Below, one piece after another: positions 7,888-17,400 of a stretch of 52,793 nucleotides of DNA. The stretch lies in the UHGV virus genome UHGV-0114819. One strand, given 5' to 3'. Made by a program: the position numbers and the translations under genes. Under the pieces are notes generated by a model, which was given only the letters and a program-made list of their open reading frames with translations, was not told where the DNA came from and did no database searches. This stretch comes from a virus. Each line of letters opens with the position of its first letter. Position 1 is the stretch's first letter.

Positions 7888-8037
7888 TTATGTTTTTTTC
7901 GCCGGAGTGTCCGGCTTCTTTTCTGCTTCATCTGCCAGACTTTCTACTTTGCCGAGAAAATAACCTTTGTCAAATTCGGATAAGTTCGGCATTGCCTTTT
8001 TAATCTTCTCAACTATCTTTTTCTCTTTCTCACTCAT
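7888..8037 (-). CDS. small hypothetical early protein (49 aa)
   Basis: MSEKEKKIVEKIKKAMPNLSEFDKGYFLG; GAAAGGAAG RBS. Confidence 0.65.
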   Translation of the reverse strand: MSEKEKKIVEKIKKAMPNLSEFDKGYFLGKVESLADEAEKKPDTPAKKT

Positions 8038-8087
8038 GCACTCACTTCCTTTCTGTGCTATACTTTCCTTTGGAAAGGAGGAATAAA

Positions 8088-8459
8088 ATGAAATTTGACT
8101 TTACGATAAATCTTGCTCTTTTGATAACTCTTTGTTCTCTTGTTCTGCCAACACTAACAACAATCGCCAACAATCGGCATCAAATCAAAATGCGAAAATT
8201 AGATTTTACTCTCGATAAAAAATTTTCCATCATTGAAGCCTATATTGAATCTGTTGGAAATTGTCTTGAATTATGTTCTCGTGTAAATCTTTCTCAATAC
8301 AATAAAGCCAAAGGAATGCTTTATCTGTATGTTCCGAAGAAGTTACACAAGCAAATAAATGAGTTAGATATCTGCATTCAAAAGCAAGAGATTAATACGG
8401 CAAAATCACTTTTTGATGTTTTATGCATTGACTTGTCCAATGTAGTAAAACAGAAGTAA
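8088..8459 (+). CDS. moron-like membrane-anchored protein (123 aa)
   Basis: TGcTATACT promoter, GAAAGGAGG RBS, N-terminal TM helix, AT-rich. Confidence 0.7.
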   Translation: MKFDFTINLALLITLCSLVLPTLTTIANNRHQIKMRKLDFTLDKKFSIIEAYIESVGNCLELCSRVNLSQYNKAKGMLYLYVPKKLHKQINELDICIQKQEINTAKSLFDVLCIDLSNVVKQK

Positions 8460-8624
8460 TGCCATTGCCAGATTTATTGACATCTGAGAACTGCAAGTCA
8501 AATATGGCACTCTCAAGAACAACCAGAACGGTTTTTCAAGTTTTAATACGATACATGCCACAATCGATGCAGTTATCCCGTATACCGTGCAAATAACCGA
8601 TGCAGTTATCATTTTTGCTATCAC
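8421..8624 (-). CDS. small two-TM hypothetical protein
   Basis: hydrophobic 67-aa ORF directly downstream of cro. Confidence 0.45.
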   Translation of the reverse strand: MIAKMITASVICTVYGITASIVACIVLKLEKPFWLFLRVPYLTCSSQMSINLAMALLLFYYIGQVNA

Positions 8625-8660
8625 CTCCTGTATTCAGTTTTTATCTCCTAACGCTTTTTA

Positions 8661-8679
8661 AATCCTATATTTTAGGATT
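8661..8679. promoter_or_regulatory. perfect palindromic operator AATCCTA-N5-TAGGATT at the cro stop codon
   Basis: AATCCTATATTTTAGGATT; half-matched copies in the cro/cI intergenic region. Confidence 0.7.
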
Positions 8680-8890
8680 CTCTGTCCACAAAAATAAAGT
8701 CCATAGGAATACCAGAAAGTTCACTGATAATTCTTAACTGACTTAAATCCGGCTCTGTTTTACCTAACTCCCAATTAGTTACAGTTGCCGGAGAAACGCC
8801 CAATTTCTCAGCAAATTCTCTTTGTTTAAGCTTCGCATTAACTCTACATGCTGCTATGGAAATCCTCGGAACTTTGTAAGTCTCTACCAT
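8672..8890 (-). CDS. cro: Cro-like XRE HTH regulator
   Basis: ISIAACRVNAKLKQREFAEKLGVSPATVTNWELGKTEP; divergent from cI. Confidence 0.85.
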   Translation of the reverse strand: MVETYKVPRISIAACRVNAKLKQREFAEKLGVSPATVTNWELGKTEPDLSQLRIISELSGIPMDFIFVDRES

Positions 8891-8922
8891 TTAGGTTCCT
8901 CCTTTCTTTATCTTATACCTGT

Positions 8923-9012
8923 ATTATAATCCTATTTTTTCGTACTGTCAATATGATAATTTAATTTTTTAGGATTCTTGTTGAATTTTTTAGGATTCTG
9001 TGATACTATAAT
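8923..9012. promoter_or_regulatory. lysis/lysogeny switch: divergent promoters with three operator copies
   Basis: leftward TTGACA(8951-8946)-17-TATAAT(8928-8923); rightward TTGAAT(8981)-17-TACTAT with TG extension; operators at 8928, 8958 and 8979. Confidence 0.8.
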
Positions 9013-9035
9013 AAACGTAGAGAGGAGGTGTTAAC

Positions 9036-9410
9036 ATGACCGAGGAGGAACAGAGAAAAATCTTCGCAAAGAACCTAAACTACTACATTTCCAATAGTGG
9101 AAAGCAACAAAAGGAAGTTGCTGAAGCGTTAGGATTCCCCCAAACAACTTTTAATACTTGGTGCACTGGCAAGATAATGCCGAAGATGGGAAAGGTACAG
9201 GCAATAGCTGATTACTTTAAGATTTTAAAATCCGACTTGATTGACGATAAATCATTCAAGGAACCATCAGAAGAATTTCTTGAGATTGTAGCAAAATTAG
9301 GCGCAGACGATGAACAGTTTCAGAAAATTATAATTAATTATTATCACATGAGCACAGACAGGAAAAAAGTTTTTTGCGAGTTTTTCAATACTTTCGTTTC
9401 TGGCAACTAA
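9036..9410 (+). CDS. cI: CI-like XRE HTH repressor without S24 autoprotease domain
   Basis: IFAKNLNYY...KQQKEVAEALGFPQTTFNTWCTGKIMPKMGKVQAIADYF; 124 aa. Confidence 0.85.
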   Translation: MTEEEQRKIFAKNLNYYISNSGKQQKEVAEALGFPQTTFNTWCTGKIMPKMGKVQAIADYFKILKSDLIDDKSFKEPSEEFLEIVAKLGADDEQFQKIIINYYHMSTDRKKVFCEFFNTFVSGN

Positions 9411-9447
9411 AAAAGAAAAGGAGACATTAAGTCTCCTTTTCTTTTTC
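9410..9447. terminator. bidirectional intrinsic terminator
   Basis: AAAAAGAAAAGGAGAC-ATTAA-GTCTCCTTTTCTTTTT between convergent genes. Confidence 0.8.
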
Positions 9448-9567
9448 TTCTCTATAGCACGCTTTGACAAAATAAAATACCAGTTTTAAATATTTTTCGC
9501 TTGTCATTGCGGTTACTGCTTCAAGAATCCGTTTTTTGTAATATTCTTGCTGTTTCTTTTCGTCCAC
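9427..9567 (-). CDS. small SOS-box-controlled protein (candidate antirepressor), 46 aa
   Basis: GTG at 9567 after GGAGGG; promoter contains a LexA-like box. Confidence 0.6.
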   Translation of the reverse strand: MDEKKQQEYYKKRILEAVTAMTSEKYLKLVFYFVKACYREEKEKET

Positions 9568-9616
9568 ATAAATCCCTCCAATACCCCGACACGTCATTCC
9601 AGTAGCGATTACCCAC

Positions 9617-9646
9617 ATTATAGAACATATGTTTTCTATCTGTCAA
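9617..9646 (-). promoter_or_regulatory. sigma70 promoter with Firmicutes LexA (SOS)-like box in the spacer
   Basis: TTGACA-18-TATAAT on minus strand; GAAC-ATAT-GTTT at 9623-9634. Confidence 0.7.
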
Positions 9647-9794
9647 TGTTTTCACTGATAGCATCTTTTACCACAAGATAGATGTAACGCATTAAGCGAG
9701 GGTCACGGATGCCTTTTATCATCCGCTTAATTTCATTTTCATAAGTATCAGTCCATGTTTTGTTGCTCTTGCTGTTCATTTCGTCCTTTCCCAT
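9636..9794 (-). CDS. small hypothetical protein, weakly similar to 9427-9567
   Basis: AGGAGGT RBS before MGKDEM; YENEIKRMI...LMRYIYLVVK resembles YKKRILEAV...LKLVFYFVK. Confidence 0.55.
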   Translation of the reverse strand: MGKDEMNSKSNKTWTDTYENEIKRMIKGIRDPRLMRYIYLVVKDAISENIDR

Positions 9795-9975
9795 TAGATT
9801 ACCTCCTATCAATGGCTTGACAAGTGCCATTTTTGTTTTATAATGATACATTGTAATACTTAAATAAATTATAACTCGAAACTATAGTCAAGATGTTGGC
9901 TAAAATATCATATTTTTCTTATAAAAAGAATGAAAAATAGCCAAGATATTAGCCTTTTCGACAGGATGTGACATA

Positions 9976-10710
9976 ATGCTAACGAAAAATGAAATGTTGG
10001 ATAACTTCGCACATAACATCGAAGAAGAGCGGAAAAACCTTGATTTTACGCAAGTTCTCTTTTCTAAGATGCTGGGTGTGTCTGTGTCCACATACAAAAA
10101 CATCGTTTCACGGAAGACTAATAATCTTGACGTTTTCTTAGCATTAAGGTTGTCTGAACTAACTCATAAATCTATCCCTGATCTCTTAGGGTATTCTTCT
10201 AAGGAATACGAGGTATTGGGAAAGTACAGGCAATTGACCGACAGACAACGTGCGTATATTCTTGGTAAGATGGATTATGAAATCTCTATGAAAGTATTGG
10301 AAACGGATCCCGAAAACATGTTGGATGTTCTATGCCCCACTGGTGAGATGGCTGACGGTATGATATTGGATTCTTCACACGAAGAACGGATATACTGCCC
10401 GGAATACATAAAAAAGTACGGTGAGACATTACATTGTGGCATAAAGATAACGAGCAACCACTTGCTCCCTGTATATGTAAAGGGTGATATCATCTGCATA
10501 TCCAAAAGAGTGCCAAGAAACGGTGATACCGTGATTATTATACATAAAGAAACAGGACGTGCGTATATAAGGCGGTATGTGCAGAGAGGTAAGATAAAGT
10601 TAGTCCCGATCAACGGCTTCGGTGATGTCATAGAAGTTGATCCAAATAGTTTTGAAGACATGGAACAATGGGTAAGGTTTGGAGTTGTGATTGCGGTATT
10701 AAGAAGATAG
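9976..10710 (+). CDS. XRE HTH + S24 peptidase-like regulator
   Basis: N-terminal HTH; C-terminal IKITSNHLLPVYVKGDIICI...NGDTVII...YIRRY...LVPIN S24-like fold. Confidence 0.75.
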   Translation: MLTKNEMLDNFAHNIEEERKNLDFTQVLFSKMLGVSVSTYKNIVSRKTNNLDVFLALRLSELTHKSIPDLLGYSSKEYEVLGKYRQLTDRQRAYILGKMDYEISMKVLETDPENMLDVLCPTGEMADGMILDSSHEERIYCPEYIKKYGETLHCGIKITSNHLLPVYVKGDIICISKRVPRNGDTVIIIHKETGRAYIRRYVQRGKIKLVPINGFGDVIEVDPNSFEDMEQWVRFGVVIAVLRR

Positions 10711-10744
10711 CATACTATATAAAAAATTGAAAGGAAACATAAAA

Positions 10745-11131
10745 ATGGATGACGGCAAAAAATACTGTAAGCATTGTGGAGAACGGATAGATTCTGATTG
10801 CGTAATATGCCCGAAATGTGGTAAACAGGTGGAAGAATTAAAAAGAAAAGATCAGAGCATAATCATAAACAACGCTCCGTCCGCTTCTTCTTCCGCAAGT
10901 TCCAGTGCAAGTGCTGCTGCTTCTTCCTCTGCAAGATATTATGGATGTCCAAAAAATAAATGGATAGCATTTTTCTTATGCTTATGTTTGGGATTTGTTG
11001 GCGCACATAAATTTTACGAGGGAAAAATAGGCATGGGGATTCTGTACATATGTACGTGTGGACTTTTCTTCATTGGTGTGATTATAGATTTGATTGCTAT
11101 CCTTGGAAAGCCAAATCCATATTATGTATAA
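10745..11131 (+). CDS. Zn-ribbon + TM2 domain membrane protein
   Basis: YCKHCG...CPKCG; KNKWIAFFLCLCLGFVGAHKFYEGKIGMGILY. Confidence 0.85.
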   Translation: MDDGKKYCKHCGERIDSDCVICPKCGKQVEELKRKDQSIIINNAPSASSSASSSASAAASSSARYYGCPKNKWIAFFLCLCLGFVGAHKFYEGKIGMGILYICTCGLFFIGVIIDLIAILGKPNPYYV

Positions 11132-11136
11132 AAATT

Positions 11137-11901
11137 ATGAAAAATAGATTGACGGCAGTTGTCCTTGTGTGTGCCATGACTGCTTTAACAGGTTGCTCTT
11201 CTGGATTAACTGAAAGCGAAGTGGACAAAAAGATAGAATCTGCCATAAAAGAGAATAATAAACAACTGAGTGATAATATTCTGAGTGATTTAGACAGCCA
11301 TATACAGGCAAAGCTGGATGAACAGGACAAACTTACGGATGATGAAAAAGAAACGCTTAAAATGGAAATAATGCAGTCTGTAGACGAAAAGCTGTCAAGT
11401 GCATCGGCAAATAATACTGTACCTGTCAATAACACATCACCTCAGACAAAAGTTGTGGAAAAACAGGAAAGAATCGTTGAATCTCCGATAAATAAATATT
11501 ATACAAACATAACCAACATTGAACACTCTACATCTGAGCCGGAAAAAGTAATAGACGGAACTCCTATCCCTATAGAAAAAGGTGAGTTTACAACATGCAC
11601 TCTATCCGGCCATACTACATATACGATCGAGACGATCACAGCGAGCATATACAACCATGACAGCGAACCGTATCGTGAAATTAAGTATCCTTACGAAATA
11701 CACGTATCCATAACTGGCACTTACAGGAATTACGAGCAATCCGATTCACAGTATCCTACCATAGACAGTGTATTGATTTTGCAACCGTATGGCACATCTC
11801 TAGGTATGTGGAATGAGGTACTAAACGAAGACGATCACACATTCACGGCGAATTATCAAACTACACTGAATCTTGTTCCGGATAAGATTTTATTAAAATA
11901 A
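11137..11901 (+). CDS. lipoprotein (possible superinfection exclusion)
   Basis: MKNRLTAVVLVCAMTALTGC lipobox; lysogeny-side location. Confidence 0.7.
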   Translation: MKNRLTAVVLVCAMTALTGCSSGLTESEVDKKIESAIKENNKQLSDNILSDLDSHIQAKLDEQDKLTDDEKETLKMEIMQSVDEKLSSASANNTVPVNNTSPQTKVVEKQERIVESPINKYYTNITNIEHSTSEPEKVIDGTPIPIEKGEFTTCTLSGHTTYTIETITASIYNHDSEPYREIKYPYEIHVSITGTYRNYEQSDSQYPTIDSVLILQPYGTSLGMWNEVLNEDDHTFTANYQTTLNLVPDKILLK

Positions 11902-11942
11902 AAAACACCCACTACATCGAGCAATCGGCAGTGGGTGTTTTG
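11901..11942. terminator. bidirectional terminator between lipoprotein and endolysin
   Basis: AAAACACCCACT...AGTGGGTGTTTT. Confidence 0.75.
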
Positions 11943-11972
11943 GTATTGTATGTAAAGTGTAATGCTCTTATT

Positions 11973-12962
11973 TTATTTCACAACGCCGGATAAGAGCCAG
12001 TAGGTCGTGTCAAGTCCTACTTTTCCGTCCGGTGTGAGATCCCTGTTGTTCTGGAACTTCTTCACACATGTGGTCAGATAGTCTGTCCACCCCTCATTAT
12101 AAGACAGCTTTGTAAAGCCATATACGTCTCTGAGGGTACGTCTAAGCCATCTGATAGCCGTGATACAGTTGTGCGTCTGGCCGGACCATAAGATATGCGT
12201 TTTGGCAAAATTCTGTGAGCCGACACCGAATTTGTCATCAACAGACAGTGCGTTGGTATCAAACCCTTTGTTCATGGCTTTCTGCCATTCTCCAACACGG
12301 GAATTATTGAGATAATACCGCTTGTCACCTTTCCAAGATTCATCTACCGGTTTAGGTGCCGGTGCTACAGTCGGTTTCTGTACCGGAGTTACCGTACCGC
12401 CCAAATCCTTATAGAGATAGTTCACGTCTACATTTCCAGGGATTCCAGGAATAGAGCCTTTTGATGTGTACTGCCACATATCAATTCCGTCTACTCCGGC
12501 AGATTTAGAGCCGTAAGATGCAATCCACAGAGAATATCCCCATGTCTGACCGATATAGTTCTTATACCAAGATGTAGATGCATAGATTCCGGCTTTATAT
12601 CCATGTGCCACCATTGCGTCACAAAATGCTTTTGCGTTGGCTCTCGCAACGCCCTGTGTTCCCGGCTGTTCACTGTCGAAATATACAGGCCATGCCGGAG
12701 AATGTCCTTTTAGAAGTCTTAATGCATGGTTGATTTCTCCCTGTACTGCACCTGTAGTCTTTGCGTAAGAATACAGATATACACCGTAAGGGATGCCAAG
12801 ACGCTCACATTCAGATACATTTCTTAGCCATTTTTTATCATCCTGTCCGGTCTGATCTTGTCCATATCCGCATCTAAGGATAGCGCCTACAATGCCAGAT
12901 GCTTTTACTTTCGCCCAGTCGATGTTCCCGTTATGTTCAGAAACATCGACTACCCTACTCAA
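11973..12962 (-). CDS. endolysin, GH25 muramidase + peptidoglycan-binding domains
   Basis: VDVSEHNGNIDW...GVYLYSYA...PVYFDSE...WQYTSKGSIPGIPGNVDVN; VKKFQNNRDLTPDGKVG. Confidence 0.92.
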   Translation of the reverse strand: MSRVVDVSEHNGNIDWAKVKASGIVGAILRCGYGQDQTGQDDKKWLRNVSECERLGIPYGVYLYSYAKTTGAVQGEINHALRLLKGHSPAWPVYFDSEQPGTQGVARANAKAFCDAMVAHGYKAGIYASTSWYKNYIGQTWGYSLWIASYGSKSAGVDGIDMWQYTSKGSIPGIPGNVDVNYLYKDLGGTVTPVQKPTVAPAPKPVDESWKGDKRYYLNNSRVGEWQKAMNKGFDTNALSVDDKFGVGSQNFAKTHILWSGQTHNCITAIRWLRRTLRDVYGFTKLSYNEGWTDYLTTCVKKFQNNRDLTPDGKVGLDTTYWLLSGVVK

Positions 12963-13140
12963 TATATCCCTCCTGTTTTAAGTGTTCTTTTGTTTCTGCA
13001 ATCTCAGCTGCATGCTCTTTTGCAAACTTTTCTGCATCTGCTTTTTCCATGCCATAGTGTTCTGCCAATTCGTCTACCGTGTAGCCGTAGGCACAGCTTT
13101 TGACTACTTCGCAAATGGTTTCTTCACTCATTGTTGCCAT
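12955..13140 (-). CDS. small HTH-like protein upstream of lysin
   Basis: GYTVDELAEHYGM; AAGGAG RBS. Confidence 0.6.
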   Translation of the reverse strand: MATMSEETICEVVKSCAYGYTVDELAEHYGMEKADAEKFAKEHAAEIAETKEHLKQEGYIE

Positions 13141-13212
13141 ATTTATTCTCCTTTTCTTAGTGATACAATAATCATGGCATTTTCTACTTTTTTTGCTGTG
13201 CCCGTACTTTCC

Positions 13213-13225
13213 TTAAATAGCAAGG
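13213..13225 (+). other. inverted copy of 13-bp candidate recombination site TTAAATAGCAAGG
   Basis: exact match, opposite orientation to copies at 13769 and 14053. Confidence 0.7.
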
Positions 13226-13312
13226 GATTTTTAACCGATTCTAAATGGTCAGATGTAAAACTTCTTACATAGCACTTGTTACATTTCTTATTATGTTTTC
13301 AATATTGTTCAT
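13226..13312 (-). pseudogene. relic 5' end of probable tyrosine recombinase (shufflon invertase)
   Basis: GAAAGGGG RBS then MNNIENIIRNVTSAM*EVL/TSDHLESVKN (stop plus frameshift), truncated at the 13-bp site; family assignment from recalled N-termini. Confidence 0.45.
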
Positions 13313-13460
13313 AAAAACACCCCTTTCAAGAATTATATTACTCTCAAAAGAGGTGTTTCCTGTATATTTTCTTTATTTATTCCTGTCTAAAAATTGCGTT
13401 TTGAATGCAAATTTTGATTAATCCACAAAACTCAGTTAGTAAATTAAATGGGAAGACGCA

Positions 13461-13781
13461 TTAAATCGCTTCTACAGAAGAATGTATAAATCCGTCTCCG
13501 GATAATGCGGTCATTCTTGAATACATCGCAAGATTGCCACCCGTGATGGTTATTTTCGCATTGTCACAAACGGCAGTGTATGTTTTTCCGTCCAGAGGAA
13601 CAATTTCTGCGACAAGATTATCCGAACTTTCATTACGGAAATAACTCACAAGAAATGCTACAACACCATTCGGATTTTTTCTTCCAAACACCAAGAGTGA
13701 TCCACCTCTGTATTGTCCGCCAGTTACATTGACGACAATTCCAGTTTTAATTTGTTTGAGAATTTTCGCCTTGCTATTTAA
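13461..13781 (-). CDS. silent alternative C-terminal cassette of tail fibre (starts at LNSK site)
   Basis: begins TTAAATAGCAAGG (LNSK) overlapping the previous stop codon; no convincing RBS. Confidence 0.65.
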   Translation of the reverse strand, partial: LNSKAKILKQIKTGIVVNVTGGQYRGGSLLVFGRKNPNGVVAFLVSYFRNESSDNLVAEIVPLDGKTYTAVCDNAKITITGGNLAMYSRMTALSGDGFIHSSVEAI

Positions 13782-14269
13782 CTTATCTTCTTCCAAGTAT
13801 TCCAAGTACCACCATTTTTCTTACGGAAATAAAATGAGTTCTCAGACGAATTGAAGAAAGCAAACTGAACTCCATAATTATTTGATGTCGATGGAATAGT
13901 TAATATTGTTCCATAATTCGTATTGGTTTCTACATCAGAAATTCCATTAGTAATGTTCGGACGGAAAAACCAATACAATGACAATTCTCCTGTTGTAGTA
14001 GGGATAGTATCAAGATCTCCTTTGAATTCATTCTTCCCAGCACGAATTTTGCCCTTGCTATTTAATTCATTAAGTGCCCCTATAACCGTCTTGTTTTGCG
14101 TCTCTAATTTTGCAAACACCTTGCTTGCGAGCTTGTCTAAAAAGTAGTCAGCTAAAGTAGACAATGTGACACGCTTATTTGCTTTTGGGGATTTATCCGC
14201 ATCCAGTGTCATAACCTCATCAGTATCAGTCGGGTTTGTATCTGTAGTGTAATCTGTCCATTTTGCCAT
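13778..14269 (-). CDS. tail fibre/receptor-binding protein: constant N-terminus + variable knob-like C-terminus
   Basis: ...NKTVIGALNELNSK junction; C-terminal YGVQFAF...FYFRKKNGGTWNTWKKI knob-like motif. Confidence 0.75.
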   Translation of the reverse strand: MAKWTDYTTDTNPTDTDEVMTLDADKSPKANKRVTLSTLADYFLDKLASKVFAKLETQNKTVIGALNELNSKGKIRAGKNEFKGDLDTIPTTTGELSLYWFFRPNITNGISDVETNTNYGTILTIPSTSNNYGVQFAFFNSSENSFYFRKKNGGTWNTWKKIS

Positions 14270-14271
14270 AA

Positions 14272-14475
14272 TTATTCCTCCTTGAGATAGTTTTCTTTAA
14301 TATAGTCATCTACCGCTTTCAAATGAGATAAAAGTTCATCACTCATTACGATAAAATTTCCCTTAACGTTTGGATTCAGCAATTCTCCTTTTTCCGAGAC
14401 TTCGGAATAAGTGAAAGAAACTCTTTCACCCTCCCCTGTTGTAAATTTTGTAAAACTGGTTAACATTTTTTTCAT
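14272..14475 (-). CDS. small tail-associated protein
   Basis: GGAGGT RBS; between tail genes. Confidence 0.65.
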   Translation of the reverse strand: MKKMLTSFTKFTTGEGERVSFTYSEVSEKGELLNPNVKGNFIVMSDELLSHLKAVDDYIKENYLKEE

Positions 14476-14476
14476 A

Positions 14477-17400
14477 TTATACCTCCGCTTGCATCGTATC
14501 TACATAGTTCTGATATTCCATTTCACCGATATATGCATAATCGATATCCCGTTCTTCTACGTTTTCATTGTAAACATCTATTCTGTCATATTCGTAGTCC
14601 TTTTGGCGTGCCTTAATTTCCCATGAAAAGTTTAGGCTTTCCGTGCCCTCTACGACAAAGTATGTTTCGTGACGTTCAGATACCCATACATCACCTTTTC
14701 CGTTTTTCTGCAAAAATACTTGATATTTGCAACCGCTTGCAATAGTTTCTAAGAATATCGGGTCAATGCTGATATAGCATTTTCCGTCATATCCTATTGT
14801 GCCCTCTCCGACATCTCCGAACATTGGTGCCGGAGTTTCGTAAGCGTTCAAAAGTCTTTTTGAATAGCTTTTTGTGTTGACTGCCCTGCTCTTTTTACCT
14901 GTTACTGAAAAATCACCTGTAATACTAAGATCTTTATGTATCCACCAGCTGTATTTTGTTTGGAAATCTGCCACTTGTGTACCAGTATCATCCCACATTC
15001 CAATATAATCTGGGTCAATTGCAACTCCCTGCCCATTGGTACGATTTGTAAAAACACTAACCCCTCCTTGTAATTTTACATATTTTTCGTATTCACCAGA
15101 AGAATCTACTCCATCTATGTATGAAATGATAGGTTGACCTCCATATGTTTTCAATCCTTTGTTATCAACAGAAAGGCTTTTCCAACCAGCAGAATGATAT
15201 ACTTCAAGCGTTCCTTGTTCGTTTGCTTTACCACCTAATTTAAGTGTACCGCCCTCTGCATAAGAGAAATTAAGATAAATTTTTCCATCTTTAAGAAACA
15301 GTCCTTGAACCTGTCCGTTGTTTGTCAGTCGGTTAAAGATATTTTCCTGTGTCAGTGCTTCGTCCAATTCATCTACTGCGGAATCATCCGTATATTTAAC
15401 AGCTTTCTCCCAATCCGTAGTTACAAATGCGCCGGATGCTTTAGCAACTTTACACCGCATCAAATCTCCGTTTTTCCCCTGTGTCCAAAGGTCACCGATA
15501 TCATAAGGTGGTGCCGGTGTGGTGACGAATACTCTGCGCTTGCTGTCTGCCGTGTCCTGTGCATTGGACGCATCATTCATTGCCTTGTCTATTTGGCTGT
15601 CCTTTATGCGGAACCACTGCCATACACTATCAATCTTAAGGAATCGGTATGTATAACCTTTTGTTTTCCAAAAGAACAGGTCACCGTTGTGCACGGTTTT
15701 TAATTCATCGGTTGTCCATGCGGATGCCGGAACGTTGCTAAGTGTCGGCTCGTAATCGTAGAAATAGGTGTCAATCTTTCCGTCAATCTGTGTCTGAATA
15801 TCTTCTATCTTCGGAGAATATGTGTTTTTGATGAAATCATTAACTGTAGTATCATCCGTATATCCGTCTTTCTTCTTCCAGTCTGACGAATTATAAGAAC
15901 CGCTTGTTCTTGCGGTCGTACAAACCAAAATAGAACTTCCGGTAAAATACACATCGTTAATGTCGTATGGTGGAACAGGTTGTGATGTAAATATCTGTGC
16001 TTTTCCGTCAATTTCATCAAATACCGCATCCGGTGGAGTTGTTTTCATTTCATCCCATACACTACCGTTGTAGATGTAAGATTTCTGTTCGGAAGTCTTA
16101 TACCACAAATCACCTTTGTGCTGTGCTTTGAGTTCCGCTGTTATCCAAGCTGTTGCCGGATCAGTGTCCTGTCTCCATGTTTCGGCTTTACCGTCAATCT
16201 GTGTCTGAATTTCTTTCACGGTATCCGCATACTCGCCAGTCATGAAGCTTTTTAGCGCACTATCATCCGTATAGTTATCTTTCTTTTCCCAGTCCGAAGC
16301 ATCAAAGTTTCCGCTTGCTCTTGCTGTCACACACACCTTGATATCCGTACCTGTGAACCATGTGTCACCAACATCGTAAGGTGGCTTTGGCTGTGCAACA
16401 TAGATAGATGCTTTCCCGTCAATTTTGTCGAAAACTTCATCAGGGATAGAGGATTCAACCCAGTGTCCGCTCTGATAAATGTATTCTTTATTCCCTGTCT
16501 TGGTGTGCCACAAATCTCCCTCATGCATGGCTTTTTCTGATTCTATGACAAGCAAGATTTCGTTCCCGTTCACATCAAGAATCTTGTTTCCGCTAACATC
16601 ACACCATGCAGTTGTTTCTACTGCTGTCCAAGAAAGAGCCGGGTCTTCATCTTGATACCATGTTTCAATTTTTTGATCGAGCTGTTCTTTGATTTTTTCA
16701 ACGTCTTCTGCATAAGTTATATTGATAAAATTCTCAACGGTTGTATCATCGGTATATTTAACTGCCTTAATCCAGTCACCTAGACTATACTTTTCGCCAT
16801 CTTTCTTAGCTGTCACACATCGTTTTAAGTCTGACGTATCATCACCAACCCACAAATCCCCAATGTCATAAGGTGGAAATGGTGTGGTAACAAATACACG
16901 CTTTTTGGTCATAGCAAGGTTATTTGCACTTATTGCATCAGCATCCGGCATTTCCTCCCATGCAGAGCCGTTCCATCTCTTTGTTTTCTGTTCATCCGGG
17001 TTATACCACAAATCTCCCTTGTGATTTGCTTTCAGTTCGTCAGTAGTCCATGCTCCGGACGGATTAACAGACTGGTTATATGTCTCAATCTTACCGTCAA
17101 TCTGTGTCTGTAAGTCTTCTCCGAGTGCGTCAAGTTCTTTTTTAACTTCATTCGCCTTTGTGTCATCCGTGTATTTAGATGCCTTTTCCCAATCTGTTTC
17201 AGAAAATGTGGCAGATTCAGAACGTGCGGTCTTGCATCTCATGATATCCCCGTCACCGCCTTGAACCCAAAGGTCACCGATATCATAAGGTGGTGCCGGT
17301 TGTACAACAAATACTCTTCGTTTTCCGTCTGCGGTATCCTGTGCTTTTTCCGCTGCTGCTAATGCTTTTGTAATATCGGTATCCTGTATTAACTGCCATT

